From the NCBI GenBank assembly GCA_030770535.1, contig JASVEC010000019.1, positions 806,001 through 870,000 on the forward strand: a DNA stretch of 64,000 nt, in the 5' to 3' direction. Positions within the stretch are counted from its first letter, which is position 1, and each line of letters begins with the position of its first letter. Shown here piece by piece: positions 1 through 13,300 of the stretch. The position numbers and the translations under genes are program-made. Source of the stretch: Batkoa obscura. Taxonomy: Eukaryota. The notes below the pieces were generated by a model that was given only the letters and a program-made list of their open reading frames with translations, was not told the origin of the DNA and did no database searches.

Positions 1-399
1 GCCAGGCAATTAAACGCAAAGATCTCGCTATATCCTAATTCTAAGTTCATTACTATCTGGACCTTATTATATACTTATCTAACATTGGATACTGAAATAA
101 GTCTATCATTTTAAAGTTGTATGTATTTTATAAATTAATTAAATCTTTGTAATAAATGAATGTTCACCATTTTTTAATTTTTTCTATTTAGTAAGCTTAT
201 TACATTTGATTTGTATAAGTGAATTCCAAAATAACTATTAATTTTTATTTGATAATAAAAAGATTCCTACATACAAGCTCTTAAATCCCGTTAACTGCTA
301 TTTTCTAATATCAAGGATTAACTTATGAAAACCATACGAATTTAATAAAGTGCTTTTATTTAATAAACGTTTTGGTGATAATGCGGAATGCATCAACAG

Positions 400-1504
400 A
401 GTTGTTAAAATCGGTGCTAGAACCAATAATATCCTGTCTACAGATGGTTCGAGATTACTAGAAGACTAAGAGCATCCACCAGAAGATATATCAGCACCAT
501 CACTTGCGTTGTTATCTAAATATGCATTAGTGAGTTAATTGAAATCAGTTTCTGAAACAGAAACGCCAAATGAACTTGAGCCATTCTACCTTGAGAAGCT
601 TGGAACCTAGTGGAAATACCAAAGCTACCATTTCCTGTGATACTGACTGAAATGGATCCATAGCCAGAAGGGCCACCATAGCTACTATCACTTCCATACT
701 AATAAGTCTATAGTTATTAATCGCACTATCAAAAGAATTTCTGTCAGACAAAGAAGTATAGTCGTATATGCAAATAATATTTCCATCTACATTGGAATTA
801 GAACCAAATTGTGAAATATCGCTTTGTCAGTCCCATGGTTAATTATAACATAACAGTCGCCTAAGCTGTTGTGTTCTCGAGTTCAGAGAAAATCAATCCC
901 ATATTCTTATTTTGATTTGTTATGAGAATTTCTAGCTCCATCCAAAAAAACATTATCTTCTCATTTTGATATTTATACTTTTCAGAGTATAAAAGAGTTT
1001 ACAGAGTATAATAGTTCGAGGCTTTTTAACTGAATTATTCCCTGATATCTCGAACATTTAATAAAGCCACTAAGTTTTCTTAATAGTATTTTACATAGAT
1101 TTTACATTAGTATTGTCTATTCTATTTGTCTTATATAGCTTGTAACCTATTACGTGCTATTCCTCATAACCCAAGTCTATCTTAGTCACATAAACTAAGA
1201 CCTTTCGACTTATAGTGTAGTTAACCCAGCAATAGCTGTTCTTGACTCCAAACCCTGAGTACCAGATTTCACAAAATGATGAGTTTGATCCCAAAGGAAG
1301 GCCTCTGGTAGATCTATAAGTTGAATTAGAACCAAGTCCAGCTAATGAACCAAGAGAGAAGTCATACGATTGAAATACCGAAATTGACGCTACCACTAGT
1401 AGAAAATGATCCGATAGCTTGAGATCCAGAGTTTTCTGGAACAGAAACAGTGAAGACAGAAATCAGAGTTAAGATAATCATGAAAGCAATAAATTCAATT
1501 GCAT
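400..1504 (-). pseudogene. Degraded secreted Gly/Ser-rich protein gene interrupted by the 464-bp element
   Basis: ATG at 1504 is followed (with a frameshift) by a signal-like FIAFMIILTLISVFTVS and then GSQAIGSFSTSGSVNFGIS. Similar Gly/Ser-rich coding (GSDSSYGGPSGYGSISVSITGNGSFGISTR) resumes beyond the insertion at 810-1273. Multiple stops and frameshifts; left boundary approximate. Confidence 0.4.
810..1273 (+). mobile_element. 464-bp TG...CA element, copy 1 (solo LTR or Ginger-like non-autonomous element)
   Basis: Termini TGTGAAAT...ATTTCACA, 4-bp TSD AAAT, internal TATAAAAG (988) then AATAAA (1060). Six copies in the window. Confidence 0.85.
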
Positions 1505-2215
1505 TACATATTAAATTATATTAGTGACTTTAAACTATGAGTATTATTCTTATGCTTATAGGCTTTAATATCTTAGCCTACTTTGGACCTAGACTTCGTA
1601 GTAAAACACACTCATCTTACCCATAACAATATATTTGTGTTAACGAAACTTACCATGACCTTTTTAGAAATTTTAGTCTATTATATGTGGGGGATGCTCG
1701 AATTGGTTCCAGAATTTAGTTAAAATTAATTCAAATCTTAAGTTCTTAAGTTTGTAAGCCCTTAATGTATGATAAAATTTAATTTAAAAGAGTTATTTTA
1801 ATCGTTTTATTTTTTCAAGTGTTTAATAAACATATAGTATATAAGTGTATAGCTATTTAACTTTATTTTTTATTAAAATAAAAATAAAATATAAGCTTTT
1901 ATAATCAGACTCCAAAATATAAGTTTTTGGAATTTTAATACAATAAGGACAAACGCATTATGTAAACATTGTACTTTATTTACATTAATGTTAATTATAA
2001 TAATCCAGGGTTTATGGAATTTTATAATAAAACAAAAAAGAGAAGAAAAATTAAAGTTTGTTATTATTAATAATAAACTTAATCAAACGATGTATAAAGT
2101 TGATGCTTTAAAGGAAACAGGAAACGAAAACCAACAAATAATATTATTACCAATTATAACTTTAATACATATTTTTAACAAATATAGAAGTTCTAGGTTT
2201 AACATAAGTAGTAAT

Positions 2216-2679
2216 TGTGAAATCTGGTACTCAGGGTTTGGAGTCAAGAACAGCTATTGCTGGGTTAACTACACTATAAGTCGAAAGGTCTTAGTTTATG
2301 TGACTAAGATAGACTTGGGTTATGAGGAATAGCACGTAATAGGTTACAAGCTATATAAGACAAATAGAATAGACAATACTAATGTAAAATCTATGTAAAA
2401 TACTATTAAGAAAACTTAGTGGCTTTATTAAATGTTCGAGATATCAGGGAATAATTCAGTTAAAAAGCCTCGAACTATTATACTCTGTAAACTCTTTTAT
2501 ACTCTGAAAAGTATAAATATCAAAATGAGAAGATAATGTTTTTTTGGATGGAGCTAGAAATTCTCATAACAAATCAAAATAAGAATATGGGATTGATTTT
2601 CTCTGAACTCGAGAACACAACAGCTTAGGCGACTGTTATGTTATAATTAACCATGGGACTGACAAAGCGATATTTCACA
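2216..2679 (-). mobile_element. 464-bp TG...CA element, copy 2
   Basis: Reverse complement of 810-1273 with no differences seen; flanked by direct repeat GTAAT. Confidence 0.85.
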
Positions 2680-2702
2680 GTAATAGTGGGGTTATTTAGA
2701 AA

Positions 2703-3166
2703 TGTGAAATATCGCTTTGTCAGAGTCCCATGGTTAATTATAGCATAACAATCGCCTAAGCTGTTGTGTTCTCGAGTTCAGAGAAAATCAATCCCATGCT
2801 CTTATCTTGATTTGCTATGAGAATTTTTATCTTCATCTCAAAGGATATTATCCTCTCGTTTTGATATCTATGCTTATCGGAGTATAAAAGAGATTCTAAA
2901 ACAGCAGTTCGAGGCTTTTTAACTGAACTATTCCCTGATATCTCGTACATTTAATAAAGCTATTAAATTTTCTTAATAGTATTTTACATAGATTTTACAT
3001 TAGTATTGTCTATTCTATTTGTCTTACATAATCCGTAGTACATTACATGCTATTCTTCACAACTCAAGTCTATATTAGTCACATAAACTAAGACCTTTCG
3101 ACTTATAGTGTAGTCAACTAGGCAATATCTGTTTTTGACTTCAATCACTAAGTGCCAGATTTCACA
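2703..3166 (+). mobile_element. 464-bp TG...CA element, copy 3 (second subfamily)
   Basis: Same termini, TSD GAAA; shares diagnostic variants (cagAGtccc, ggatattatcctctcg) with copy 4. Confidence 0.85.
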
Positions 3167-3307
3167 GAAATAATTAATAAAAATAAAATACTAATATTAC
3201 AATTTATTATTAAAAACATGAAAAAATCAAAAATCAAAAAATTAAGGTTATCATATAATATTTACTTAATAATTTAGCTATTTTATCAAAATTTAAAAAA
3301 TAATATA

Positions 3308-3407
3308 TCGAAATGTATTCTTGTGTTTAAGAATTTTACTCAGAATTTTTCCGCTCAAATAGTACTTGAAAATGGAAAAAGCGATGAAGCCATAAAAAAC
3401 ATACCCA
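3308..3407 (+). mobile_element. ~100-bp MITE (degenerate left TIR)
   Basis: Matches family core aagaattttact...ccgctcaaatag...aatggaaaaa...aaaaaacatacccata. Confidence 0.7.
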
Positions 3408-5608
3408 TAAGGTAGTGTTGTTTTCGTGTCCATAGTTTAATTTAAAAATATAATGGCTGGATAAATAAAATGTTGGATTAAAAGCTTCTGAAAAGATGTT
3501 TTTTATTCAACATCCTAACGAACCATATGATTTATTTAAGAGAGTAAATGATAAGGAGGAAGAGAAAGCGAGGTATATTAACAGAAGAAGAGGTATTGAG
3601 TGAGGACCGGAGACACATTGAACCAGCCCAATGCTAAGAGTTTTTCGAAAACTTTAGTATTCGATTTGGTTAAAAAGGCCGTTTTAAAATTTTAAAGATA
3701 ACTTTGCCTTTTTAGCTAACAAGTGTCTTGAAAAAATACTTATATCAGCAGTAAAAAAATTAATACTGAAATAATGGGCTAAATAGTAGCTCTTATAGCA
3801 GTGTTAAACCGTATATAGTATTAATATACTAAGAATAATATGATTTGTTTAAATATATATAGTATTTGGTGGGCAATGTGAATTAACAATGTATACTTTA
3901 ACCTGGCGGCACTATTTGATTTAGTATTTATAATCTATCTTCTCAAAGTAAATAATACTAGTTGATTCTGTTTACTTCTTGTATTATAAATACAGATTTT
4001 TATGGTATGTTTTAAAAAACACAATCAAGTTTAACAAAAACAAAAACATTAAATAAGTTTTTTTTATAAAAAGCCAAAAAAGATGAAAGCTTTAATAAGC
4101 TTTACAGTTTATTTTTTGGGTAGAGGTATATAAGGAAGCTGTATGATATTACCATTTAAAGTGATCATATACTATTACTACCTAGTCTCGATAAAGGTTT
4201 GTTTTATTATTATAGCTTTAAATTAGTTAAAGGATATCGATTTAACTTTAAAAGTTTTTTGAGCTCTGTATTTAAGCCTCTAAACCCCAAAATGCTAAAA
4301 TAACGGACTGTCGTTTTGACATAATATTACCAAGTTAGTTACAGCTTTGAATTAAGCAATTAATGCTTTGTACTTACATTTTTTTAGAAGTGTAATAAAA
4401 CAACTATTCTATTTCATTGTCTTTGAATTTATGAATGGAGCAATATTTTAAACAGCTTTTGCTTATTTCTCAATAAGTTGAGTAATTTTCTTTAATTTCT
4501 TGGTAGTGAGCTCCTAGGTAACAATATTTATGGTACAAACGATTAAAAAGGAGTATTTGGTCATAAAGACAGGATATCTCTACCTTTACAATTTTTGGTC
4601 AACCTAATTTAGTAAATCAAAATCGGTTTCCCAACCAATACCCCACTCAATAAACATAAACTGAGTGGAGGGGACTAGCGGTTCTAGTGAGAATGAAAAG
4701 CCGGTATGGATTTTGTAAGTAGTCCATGTCATATAAAAGCAGAAACACAATAGGAGTGTGAATAATTTGAGTAAATTAGATTTAAAAAATTCAACAAAAG
4801 TGTTTTAGTTGTGTTAGGTTTAAATTTTCGAAATCCGTAAGCGGATGTTTTTTTACATCATTATTAGGTTTATCTCATTCACACTGGCAGTTTTATGAGT
4901 TTCAAAAGACTGGGACAATACAATTGCATTAGTTAAAAAGAACTATTTGAAAATAGCCTTTACTTTTAGACTTAAAAGATACTTGTTGTTGCAATCATAT
5001 TTTGTGTTATTCCTTTATACACCTAAAATTGCCAGTACGAATGGGACAAAGTGATACTTATCCATTTTTACTCACTATGCTTAAAAATAATAAATCAAAA
5101 AAATATTCCCACATGCCATCTATTAAGGCTAAATAAAAAGCACAGGTTTTTAAACACTATAGTTAATTTATATTTTTATAGATCAAAAATGGAAAATAAT
5201 TGTTTTCGGTTTAAATACTTAAAAATTTATTTTAAAAGTATAAAGCAGGAGGAGGGGTCATGCTAAAAATTTAATTAGGTTCGTCTAATTTATTAATAAT
5301 TATTGCAAGTGGTACAATTAGCTAAATTAACAAAAAAGATGTGAATATAAATAACTAGATAAATAATAGTCACTTTCTTAGTCTTTAATAATTATAAACA
5401 ATAGCAAGCTACCAAAATCGCCGGAAGACGGATAAACATTTATCCTGAAACCAATGTTTAATTCAAATTTCTAATATGAAATGAAATGAAATAGTCAAGC
5501 ATAAAAAAAGTTGTCATAGACTAAATCACAATAATTTCAGTAGTTTAGTCAACATTAACGGTAACTCAATAGACATTTAAAAAGATAGAAAAGAGGCAAA
5601 TTTATTTA

Positions 5609-7591
5609 ATGGCGAGTACTAAAAGAGCATGTATATTTTGTCAAAAGAGTAAGACGCGATGTGATCGGGAAAATCCTTGTGGTATATGCTCAAAGCGAAA
5701 AGTGAGTTGTATCTATGTCCAAGAAGACGCTCAATCAAGAGCAAAGAATAGAAGGGATTTTTTTCATCGATTGAAGATGAAACATGCAAGACTTGAAAGT
5801 TTGTTTGAGAAAGTAGTTGGTTTGCAACCTAACAGTGATATGTCTATAGACGCTACCAGTCCTTCACATCATAATGACACCGTCACTACAAATACTAATA
5901 GTCCTTCTCCAGCATCAAACGATTCCCAATCAGGTTACAAATATTGTAATGTGACTTCTAAATCGTTTGAGAAAGTAGTTGGGCCGCATAGTGGCTCTTC
6001 AAAAGCATCGAATTCTACAGAATCAACTCGCAATTACAATAACGTAAGTGTTAGAAATCTAGAAACATTAAATACCACACAATCAATTCATGACTTTAAT
6101 AATATGGAATCTGAGTCCCCAGAGACATTAACTACTGCACAATCAATGTGTAGTTTAGATAATATAAAAGGTAAGATTTTGATTGTAACAACCCAACCAA
6201 AATAACTATAAACTTAAAACCCATCTAGAACTTGTAGAAACTTTTTTCAAATTTCAAAACCGAGCAGAGTACTTAATTGCTCCAGAAAAGGAACCCGTTC
6301 TCTTGAAGTCGCAGACGGTCCAGTCAATGATACTAAAGTATTCTCTCTGTGCAGCTGTTTTGAATCTTTATAATTGTTTAAATAAGCTGCCTTATATTTC
6401 ATTAAAAAACAATAGCTATTACAGGATATGTAAAAGTATGATTAAAGAAGGCAAGTATGAACCTAGCCTAGAAATAGTGCAAGCATTATCAGTGTGTATG
6501 TTTTTGGAAATGGGAAATGGGGAAGTGTATCAGTCTTCGTTAACCAATAGTAAGATTTTTCTCTATTTTTCTTTTTAAGATGCTAATAGTTATTAGTGGA
6601 AGGTGTTCGGTAAGTGAAATACAACTAAATAGTTTAAAAATTAATTTTTTTAGCATTGGTCAAATCTTAAGCTTACATTTATCTGAGAATATGTGCCAGA
6701 ATGAGCTATTCATTACCAATCAACTCGAAAGTTATATTACGTGGGTTAGATGTGTAGCGCAAGATAGAATGGTTTCATTATATTACTCAAGGCCATCGTC
6801 GGTTTCAACATCAATTTTTTTAGGGCTACCAGATCTGAATTTTTCTCTAAAGAATAATACAGGTATGCCTGATGATTTGGTAAGTATTATCAAAGCAACC
6901 AATTCTAACTAACTCATTTTAGTTTTCCAGACTTATTCATCATAAAATAACTTCTATAACTGGTTACTTGATGGAAGAACATTTTCGATTGATAACTATC
7001 AAAGAGCAATCAAAGCTACCTGATGCCAATATAAATGAACTTAAAGCAAAGGTGGATGCAAGTCTAAACAAGCTAAATGGTTTAGCAAGGTGCGAAATGT
7101 TTTCTTTTACTCCAGAATCAGTCATGGCGTGTAGCGTGAATACTATTGAACATCCTTTTCTGCTATCTTGTTTATCCGCTAATACATTCCGACTCTCTTT
7201 ATTATGCTTAGTTTATGGCTTAAAAACCACTTTTTCAACAAGTGAAGATGAAGACCAACTAATCCAGCATCTTGACTTCGCTACCGATTATAAAAAATTA
7301 GGGCTTAGGCTGTACAAATTTATCACAGCGATTGAAAACAAGCTAAAAAAAGATACAAAGACTGAAAGCTTCCATTTGTTTTACCATATCCATTTTGGTA
7401 ATGTATTCAATTTAGAGTGGGCCACCTATCCATTTACTTTGGACAAAGGGGAAGAGGGAATGAAGTTTGTAAAATTGTGTAAGGCAAAAATTTTTGAACT
7501 TTCGAAATTATGGCCAATATTTCAAGGCTTCAATCGTGATACAAGTTTGGGTTTTTTAGGGGATAAAAAATTTTGTGGTAGCCATCCATAG
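5609..7591 (+). CDS. Zn(II)2Cys6 fungal transcription factor, paralog 1
   Basis: CIFCQKSKTRCDRENPCGICSKRKVSC binuclear cluster. Introns 6171-6228, 6550-6596, 6610-6653 and 6880-6922 restore one frame, including the middle-homology motif MEGVRIGQILSLHL. Confidence 0.9.
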
Positions 7592-8226
7592 TTTAAATTA
7601 CTTTAGCTGATTTTTGAGTCAAGTTACTCAAGTTTATTTTTGATACCTTCTCCTAGTATATTTAATAGTATATGTTTAGCTTCGTTTTAGATAAAGGTTA
7701 AATATAAAATTTAATAAAAATTATAAAACAAAGATAAAATTTCGGTGCTTCATGCACCCTAAATTAAATACTATTCTTATAAAAGCTGCGTTTACATTAC
7801 ATTGTTACTAGATAATACTGATATTGTGTATAAAAAAGTAAGTTTGAACCACAATATCAATGATAAAAAAACTTAGAATCTCTATTGAAATGAATCAAAT
7901 ATCAATGTTTTTCATCAACTATTCTTTAGCAATATTTTTGTTTGATATTAATAATTATCATATATCGCCTCTATTTAGTTAAATTTAAAATTGTTTATTC
8001 ACATCATCTAAAAAATATTTTATCCTAATCAATTTTCTCAGCAAATGAACCAAAGCCAATTTTAATTCGTCTAAATCCATAAAATCCCATAATTTAAGCT
8101 CAAACCCGAGTTTCCAGAAAAAGGAAATAAAAAATTCCAATTCCTTGTATTTTTTTTAGTATTCGACTACTGTCAAATTAGCCCCAAAATCTAATTTAAA
8201 ACTATAGAAAATAGACACTAACGCAA

Positions 8227-9815
8227 ATGGTAACTAAAACTATCTTATTAAACCTGTATAAAATCTAAATTCCTAAGGTTGATTTTATTTTATACGAAAC
8301 TGCTGGAGGGTATGCTCTTTTCCAACGTGTCCAATCCGAAGACATTGCAATGACTACGGAGGGTATCCAAAAGGATGTATTAGACTTAACCAAGTTTGGT
8401 AAATCTGTTCAACTAAAGTCTTTTAATCCATTCAAAACCGCCGTTGAAGCTTTAGAAAACGCTAATGATGTTTCCGAAGGTAAGAATATCTCTATTTATA
8501 TGAATAGTTATTAAGTTAAAACTTAGGTATCTGTAACGAGACTTTAAAAGAATTTTTATTATTAAATTTACCAAAAAAGTTGAAGGGAGTAACCCTTGGT
8601 GTAGGTGAAAAAAATTTAGCAGGTTCAGTCAAAGCCACAGTTGGTGTTGAGTGTGTATCCAATGAAATGGTAGCTGAAATTGTTCGTGGTGTCCGTTATC
8701 ATCTTGATCATCTTTTAAGTCAACTTAAGACTAGTGATATGGAAAAGGCACAACTTGGTTTAGGTCACTCTTATTCTCGTGCTAAAGTTAAGTTCAATGT
8801 TAACCGTTCTGACAATATGATCATTCAATCTATTGCTCTTCTCGATCAGTTAGATAAAGATGTCAATACTTTCACTATGCGTATCCGTGAATGGTACTCT
8901 TGGCATTTCCCTGAGTTGAGCAAAATTGTTAAAGATAATTCACAATATGCTCAATTAGCTAAATTCATTAAAAACAAAGGTCGTCTTACTGAAGAAGATT
9001 TAGAAGGTTTAACTGAAATTACTGATGATGAAAGCGTTTCTCGTCAAATTCTTGACGCTGCTCGCTCTTCTATGGGAACTGATATTGGTGAATTTGATCT
9101 TGCAAATATTGAAAGTTTTGCAGTTCGAGTAGTCAATATCATTAAGTACCGTAAAAACCTTCATGAATACCTTATCAGTAAGATGAACCATGTAGCCCCT
9201 AATCTTGCAGCTTTGATTGGTGAAGTAGTTGGTGCACGTCTTATTTCCCATGCTGGTTCCTTAACCAATTTATCCAAATATCCAGCTTCCACCGTACAAA
9301 TTCTTGGTGCTGAAAAAGCCCTTTTCCGTGCTTTAAAAACCAAAGGTAACACACCAAAATATGGACTTATCTATCACTCTTCCTTCATTGGGCGTGCTGG
9401 TACTAAAAACAAGGGAAGGATTTCTCGCTTCCTTGCCAACAAATGTTCAATGGCTTCCCGTATCGATTGTTTCATTGATAAACCAACCACCAAGTTTGGT
9501 GAAGCTCTTAAGAAACAAGTCGAAAACAGATTGGAGTTTTATGAAGCTGGTGCCACACCATTGAAGAATACTGAAACAATGAAGGGTGCCCTTGAAGAGT
9601 GGATGAATGAAGAAGGTCCTGAAGAGGATGTTGAAGTAAATGGTAAAGAAAAAGCCCAAGCCCCAGTAGAACAAAAGAAAGAAAAGAAAGAAAAGAAGGA
9701 TAAAAAAGAAAAGAAAGAAAAGAAAGAAGAGAGCAATAAGCGTGAATTAGAGGATACCGAAGGTAAAAGTAAAAAAGACAAGAAGAAGAAGAGCAAGAAG
9801 AATAAATCAGAGTAA
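8227..9815 (+). CDS. NOP56: Box C/D snoRNP protein Nop56
   Basis: [27 protein letters not shown] (Nop56-type, not Nop58), Nop domain and KKE tail. ATG-only first exon at 8227-8229; introns 8230-8277 and 8480-8526. Confidence 0.95.
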
Positions 9816-10157
9816 ACTGGATCCGAGTTCAACTTTGTAATTTTTTCATAAATTTTTCAAACCTTCTTATTTCCGTCTAGGTCCTTATTTTATCAGCTAA
9901 GCAACTATAGATTCCGTATGCTACAAGTATGGCTTTTTTATTCTTGATCAAGTCATGTAGTTTTGCACTTTAATATTAAACTATAAAAAAATAATTATTT
10001 CTATTTTGTTTTAAATTATTAAGCTTGTTATAATAAATTTAGAGTTTATGTCCATTTTTATAGTTTAACATCTTTTAAACTTCAACGAAAAAAGCAGTAG
10101 TTAAAATTAAAAAATAAAAATTCTCCAAAGTAGTGTAAATTTTTATTTAAAAAGATA

Positions 10158-10258
10158 TGGGGATGTATTTTTGTGTCTAACAATTTTACTAACAATTTTT
10201 CCGCTTAAATAGCACTTAAAAAATGGAAAAAATAATGAAGTCAAAAAAACCACTCCCA
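10158..10258 (+). mobile_element. ~100-bp MITE
   Basis: TA|TGGGGATGTATTTTT ... AAAAAAACCACTCCCA|TA. Confidence 0.85.
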
Positions 10259-10325
10259 TATTAAAAATATTTTAACTAAGCAATGCCCTTATATAAAGTA
10301 ATCATCATCTCTAGCGAACATAACC

Positions 10326-13300
10326 CTAACAAAGCGTAACATCATCTCTACTCTTTACCAGTCTCTGGTACTCTTCATTAAAAGCTTCCCGTTTAATGTT
10401 TTCCACATTTTGCTTCAACTGGTCTTTTAAGCTATCTTCAACCTCAACTACAACCTCTTGATAAGCTGTTTCATACAACTGTTCCATCTCATCCGTAAGA
10501 AGCAATTGTATCTTTTCAATCAAAACTAAATTTTCTTCCTCAGTAAGTTCAATAGATTCAATGATTTCATAGTCTTCTTCTTCAGCCTCTAACTCAGCTT
10601 CAATGACTTCACCAAGTGAGTCTGTAGACTCATTCTCTCCAACGATAGCCTCTTCTTTATTGACACCATCTTGAGGGAGCTCAATAAGTTCAACGTCTTC
10701 TTTTATACCTGGTTCTTTACTTGGTGAATCTTCGTTTTCACTTTGAGTCGGCTTAGCTTCACTTTCATCTTTAACTGACTTTCCAGTATTTAAGCTATCT
10801 TGAACTTTAACTTTTGTGCTTTCAGATGATATTTTACTTGTAGTAGTAGTTAAAGAATCTTTTTGTTCATCTTGCTTATTTTTTGGACTACTTGATTTAT
10901 CTTTATCGTCTTCCTTGATATCCTCTAAAGTAATGATTTGTATAGGTGAGTTCGGCTCTGATTTTTCTTCTACTTCATCTTTAATATCTTTTGTTTTAGG
11001 CACTTTTGATACATTTAGCTCTTGGTTTTTCGACTTGTTATTTTCTAATTCTTTAACGGTATCATAAACATCGGGCTTTATATTATCTGGTGATAATCCA
11101 GATTCTCTAATTATATCACTTTGTTTCGTGTTTACTGGTATCTCTTGATCTAAGGATTCATTGCTGCCTTTATAATCTTTGGCTTCTATCTTTTCAAAAT
11201 CATTGTCCTTATCTTCGTCATCATTATTTTTGTCAACATAATTTTCGAATATGCTTTTTGTTTGCTTTAAATCTTCAAGTTTACTCTTTATTGATTCAAT
11301 ATCATTTTGGTTATTGTTACGCTCATTTGTACTATTAGTTTCGTTGTTATTATTTTCTTTATTAATAACTTGCTTTGTTTTACTAGTAGCTTCAATTGGC
11401 GTAATAGATTCTTCATTATCATCATTTTTATATTTTATTTTATCAGTTTGCTCTATAACTTTAGGCGTATCTTGTTCTATATCATTACTAGCTGAGCTTG
11501 ATTTTCGACTCATCCCAGTTGACAATTCATTATCTTTATTTAAAGCTTTGAAGCTGTATTGTTCACTTTTAGCTGTTAAACTCTCTCCTCCCTTTTTATC
11601 ATCTCTAACACTATTACCTTTCTCAACTTTAGTTTCATTGTCTTCCTTAGTTTCAGTTGCTTTACTTTGATCATCAGTATTCTTTTCACTAACTGTCTTT
11701 TCATTCAGATTAATGGAACTTAACTGTTCTTCTATCTTATTTTGGCCTTGTAACTCATCAATTGGCTCAACTTCATTTTCTGCTTTCAATTCTGAGCTAT
11801 CCATATCTGTCTTCTTATCATCTGCTTTATTTATGCGAGCGTTTTTCTTATTATGATTGATACTTAGCTCCTTGATTGGTTCATCAGACTTTGTGTCATC
11901 ATCATTCAATAAAACAATTTCAGGGTTATATTTATCTTTTTCTAATCCTTTGATGCTTCCACCTTCTTCACTTTCTTTTATTTCGTCTTTAGACTCACTA
12001 AACGTTTCAATTGATTTACTATCATCAGAATTATCTTCAAGGTTATTCTTATGTAGTTCAGATTTCGATGCTGAAGGTTCTTCGTCATCTTTTTTTGCGC
12101 TTGATTCAGTATTAGCTTCCTTTGAGTCCTTATTATCTGACAATAATTCATCAACTGATCCAACTTTGTCATCGTCCTCTTTTAAGTCTGGCTTCAATAG
12201 TTTTGGTTCCGAATCCAATTCTTTGTTTTCATCCGATTTGGTGTTGACATGGCCTTGATATTTAGTTGATTCAACCCCCTTATTTACCTCATCTTTCTCA
12301 GTACCTTTAGTTTCAGTTGACTCATTAGTTAAGTTAAGTTTATCTTCAGCCTGATCCTTAAGCTCTGATATGGGAATTGGCTCTTCATCATTTTTTCTGT
12401 CCAAATTGCTAACTTTATTACCTGAGCCATTATCCTTATCGTCCAATTCTTTGTCTGATTCAGCTGATTTTAAGTCCAAATCTTTTGCTTTCTTACTTGC
12501 TTTTGAATCATTGTCTTTGGCCTCATCAATTGTAGTTTCACTTATAGGCTTCGAGTCATTTTTAGATAAAACATCTATTAGATTTTTATCTCCATCATTA
12601 CTATCTTTTTTGTCTCCAGCTAATCTCCCATCTTTGGTATCTTTTCCTAGTTTGTTATTTAGTGGGGAATCGTTATTACTCAACACTGTTTTATCTTTAT
12701 CACTGTTGTCTTTTACAATAGTATCATTAGCTGATAATTTTTCTATTCTACTTAGTCCTGAATTTTCATTTTCAGTATCTTGTAGGGCTTTATCATTACT
12801 CGATGCTGATTCGGCTTTATCATTATTTTTCTTTTCTGGGCTAGCATCTTTATTTAATAATTTTCCTTCCATTATTTGCTTTGGATTTCCTTTTTCACTA
12901 AATTCCGGAAACTCATTGTCATTTACTACTGTTTCAGCTTTTATGTCATCCTTGCTCTTTACAGTATTTTCTTTAGGAAGTGGGCTTTCATTTATATTTT
13001 CCTTTGAGCCTTCATTGTCAGTGCTTTGTGGGACATTACCACCACTTGACGCTGTATTAGCCTTTATGGCACTGTCGTCTTTTACAGTTATGTCTTTAAC
13101 TGGTGAATTTTCTTGAATATTTTGTATTGTGTCTTCTTTTTTAGTAGCCTGTAAGACATCATCATTTTCAGGAACCATTTTACCTTTAACGTCAGTGCCT
13201 TTAGCTAATTCTTTTTTATTTGTAATTTGTTGCGAATCTCGTTTATGAGTAGATTTTAGGATATTAACATCACTTGAGTTTGTTTCAGCTTTCGAGCCAT

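Noticed and set aside
1..114. Open frame from the window edge ending in TAA
   Set aside because: May be a gene's 3' end but is too short to support.
1988..2332. 114-aa ORF sharing its C-terminus with ORF 1157-1396
   Set aside because: The shared part is simply read-through into the 464-bp element.
4640..4690. Hairpins CCACTCA...TGAGTGG and ACTAG...CTAGT resembling a Helitron 3' end
   Set aside because: Geometry is not canonical, there is a single copy and no 5' end was identified. The surrounding 4.4-5.1 kb looks like degraded coding sequence that I cannot identify.
5418..5436. CGG-N4-CGG upstream of Zn2Cys6 paralog 1 as an autoregulatory site
   Set aside because: Single occurrence, not seen upstream of the other paralogs.
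8230..8526. Intronic snoRNA in NOP56
   Set aside because: Both introns are under 50 nt, too short for a box C/D snoRNA.
9009..9832. Overlapping alternative-frame ORFs in NOP56
   Set aside because: Shadow ORFs of a conserved gene, with no independent features.
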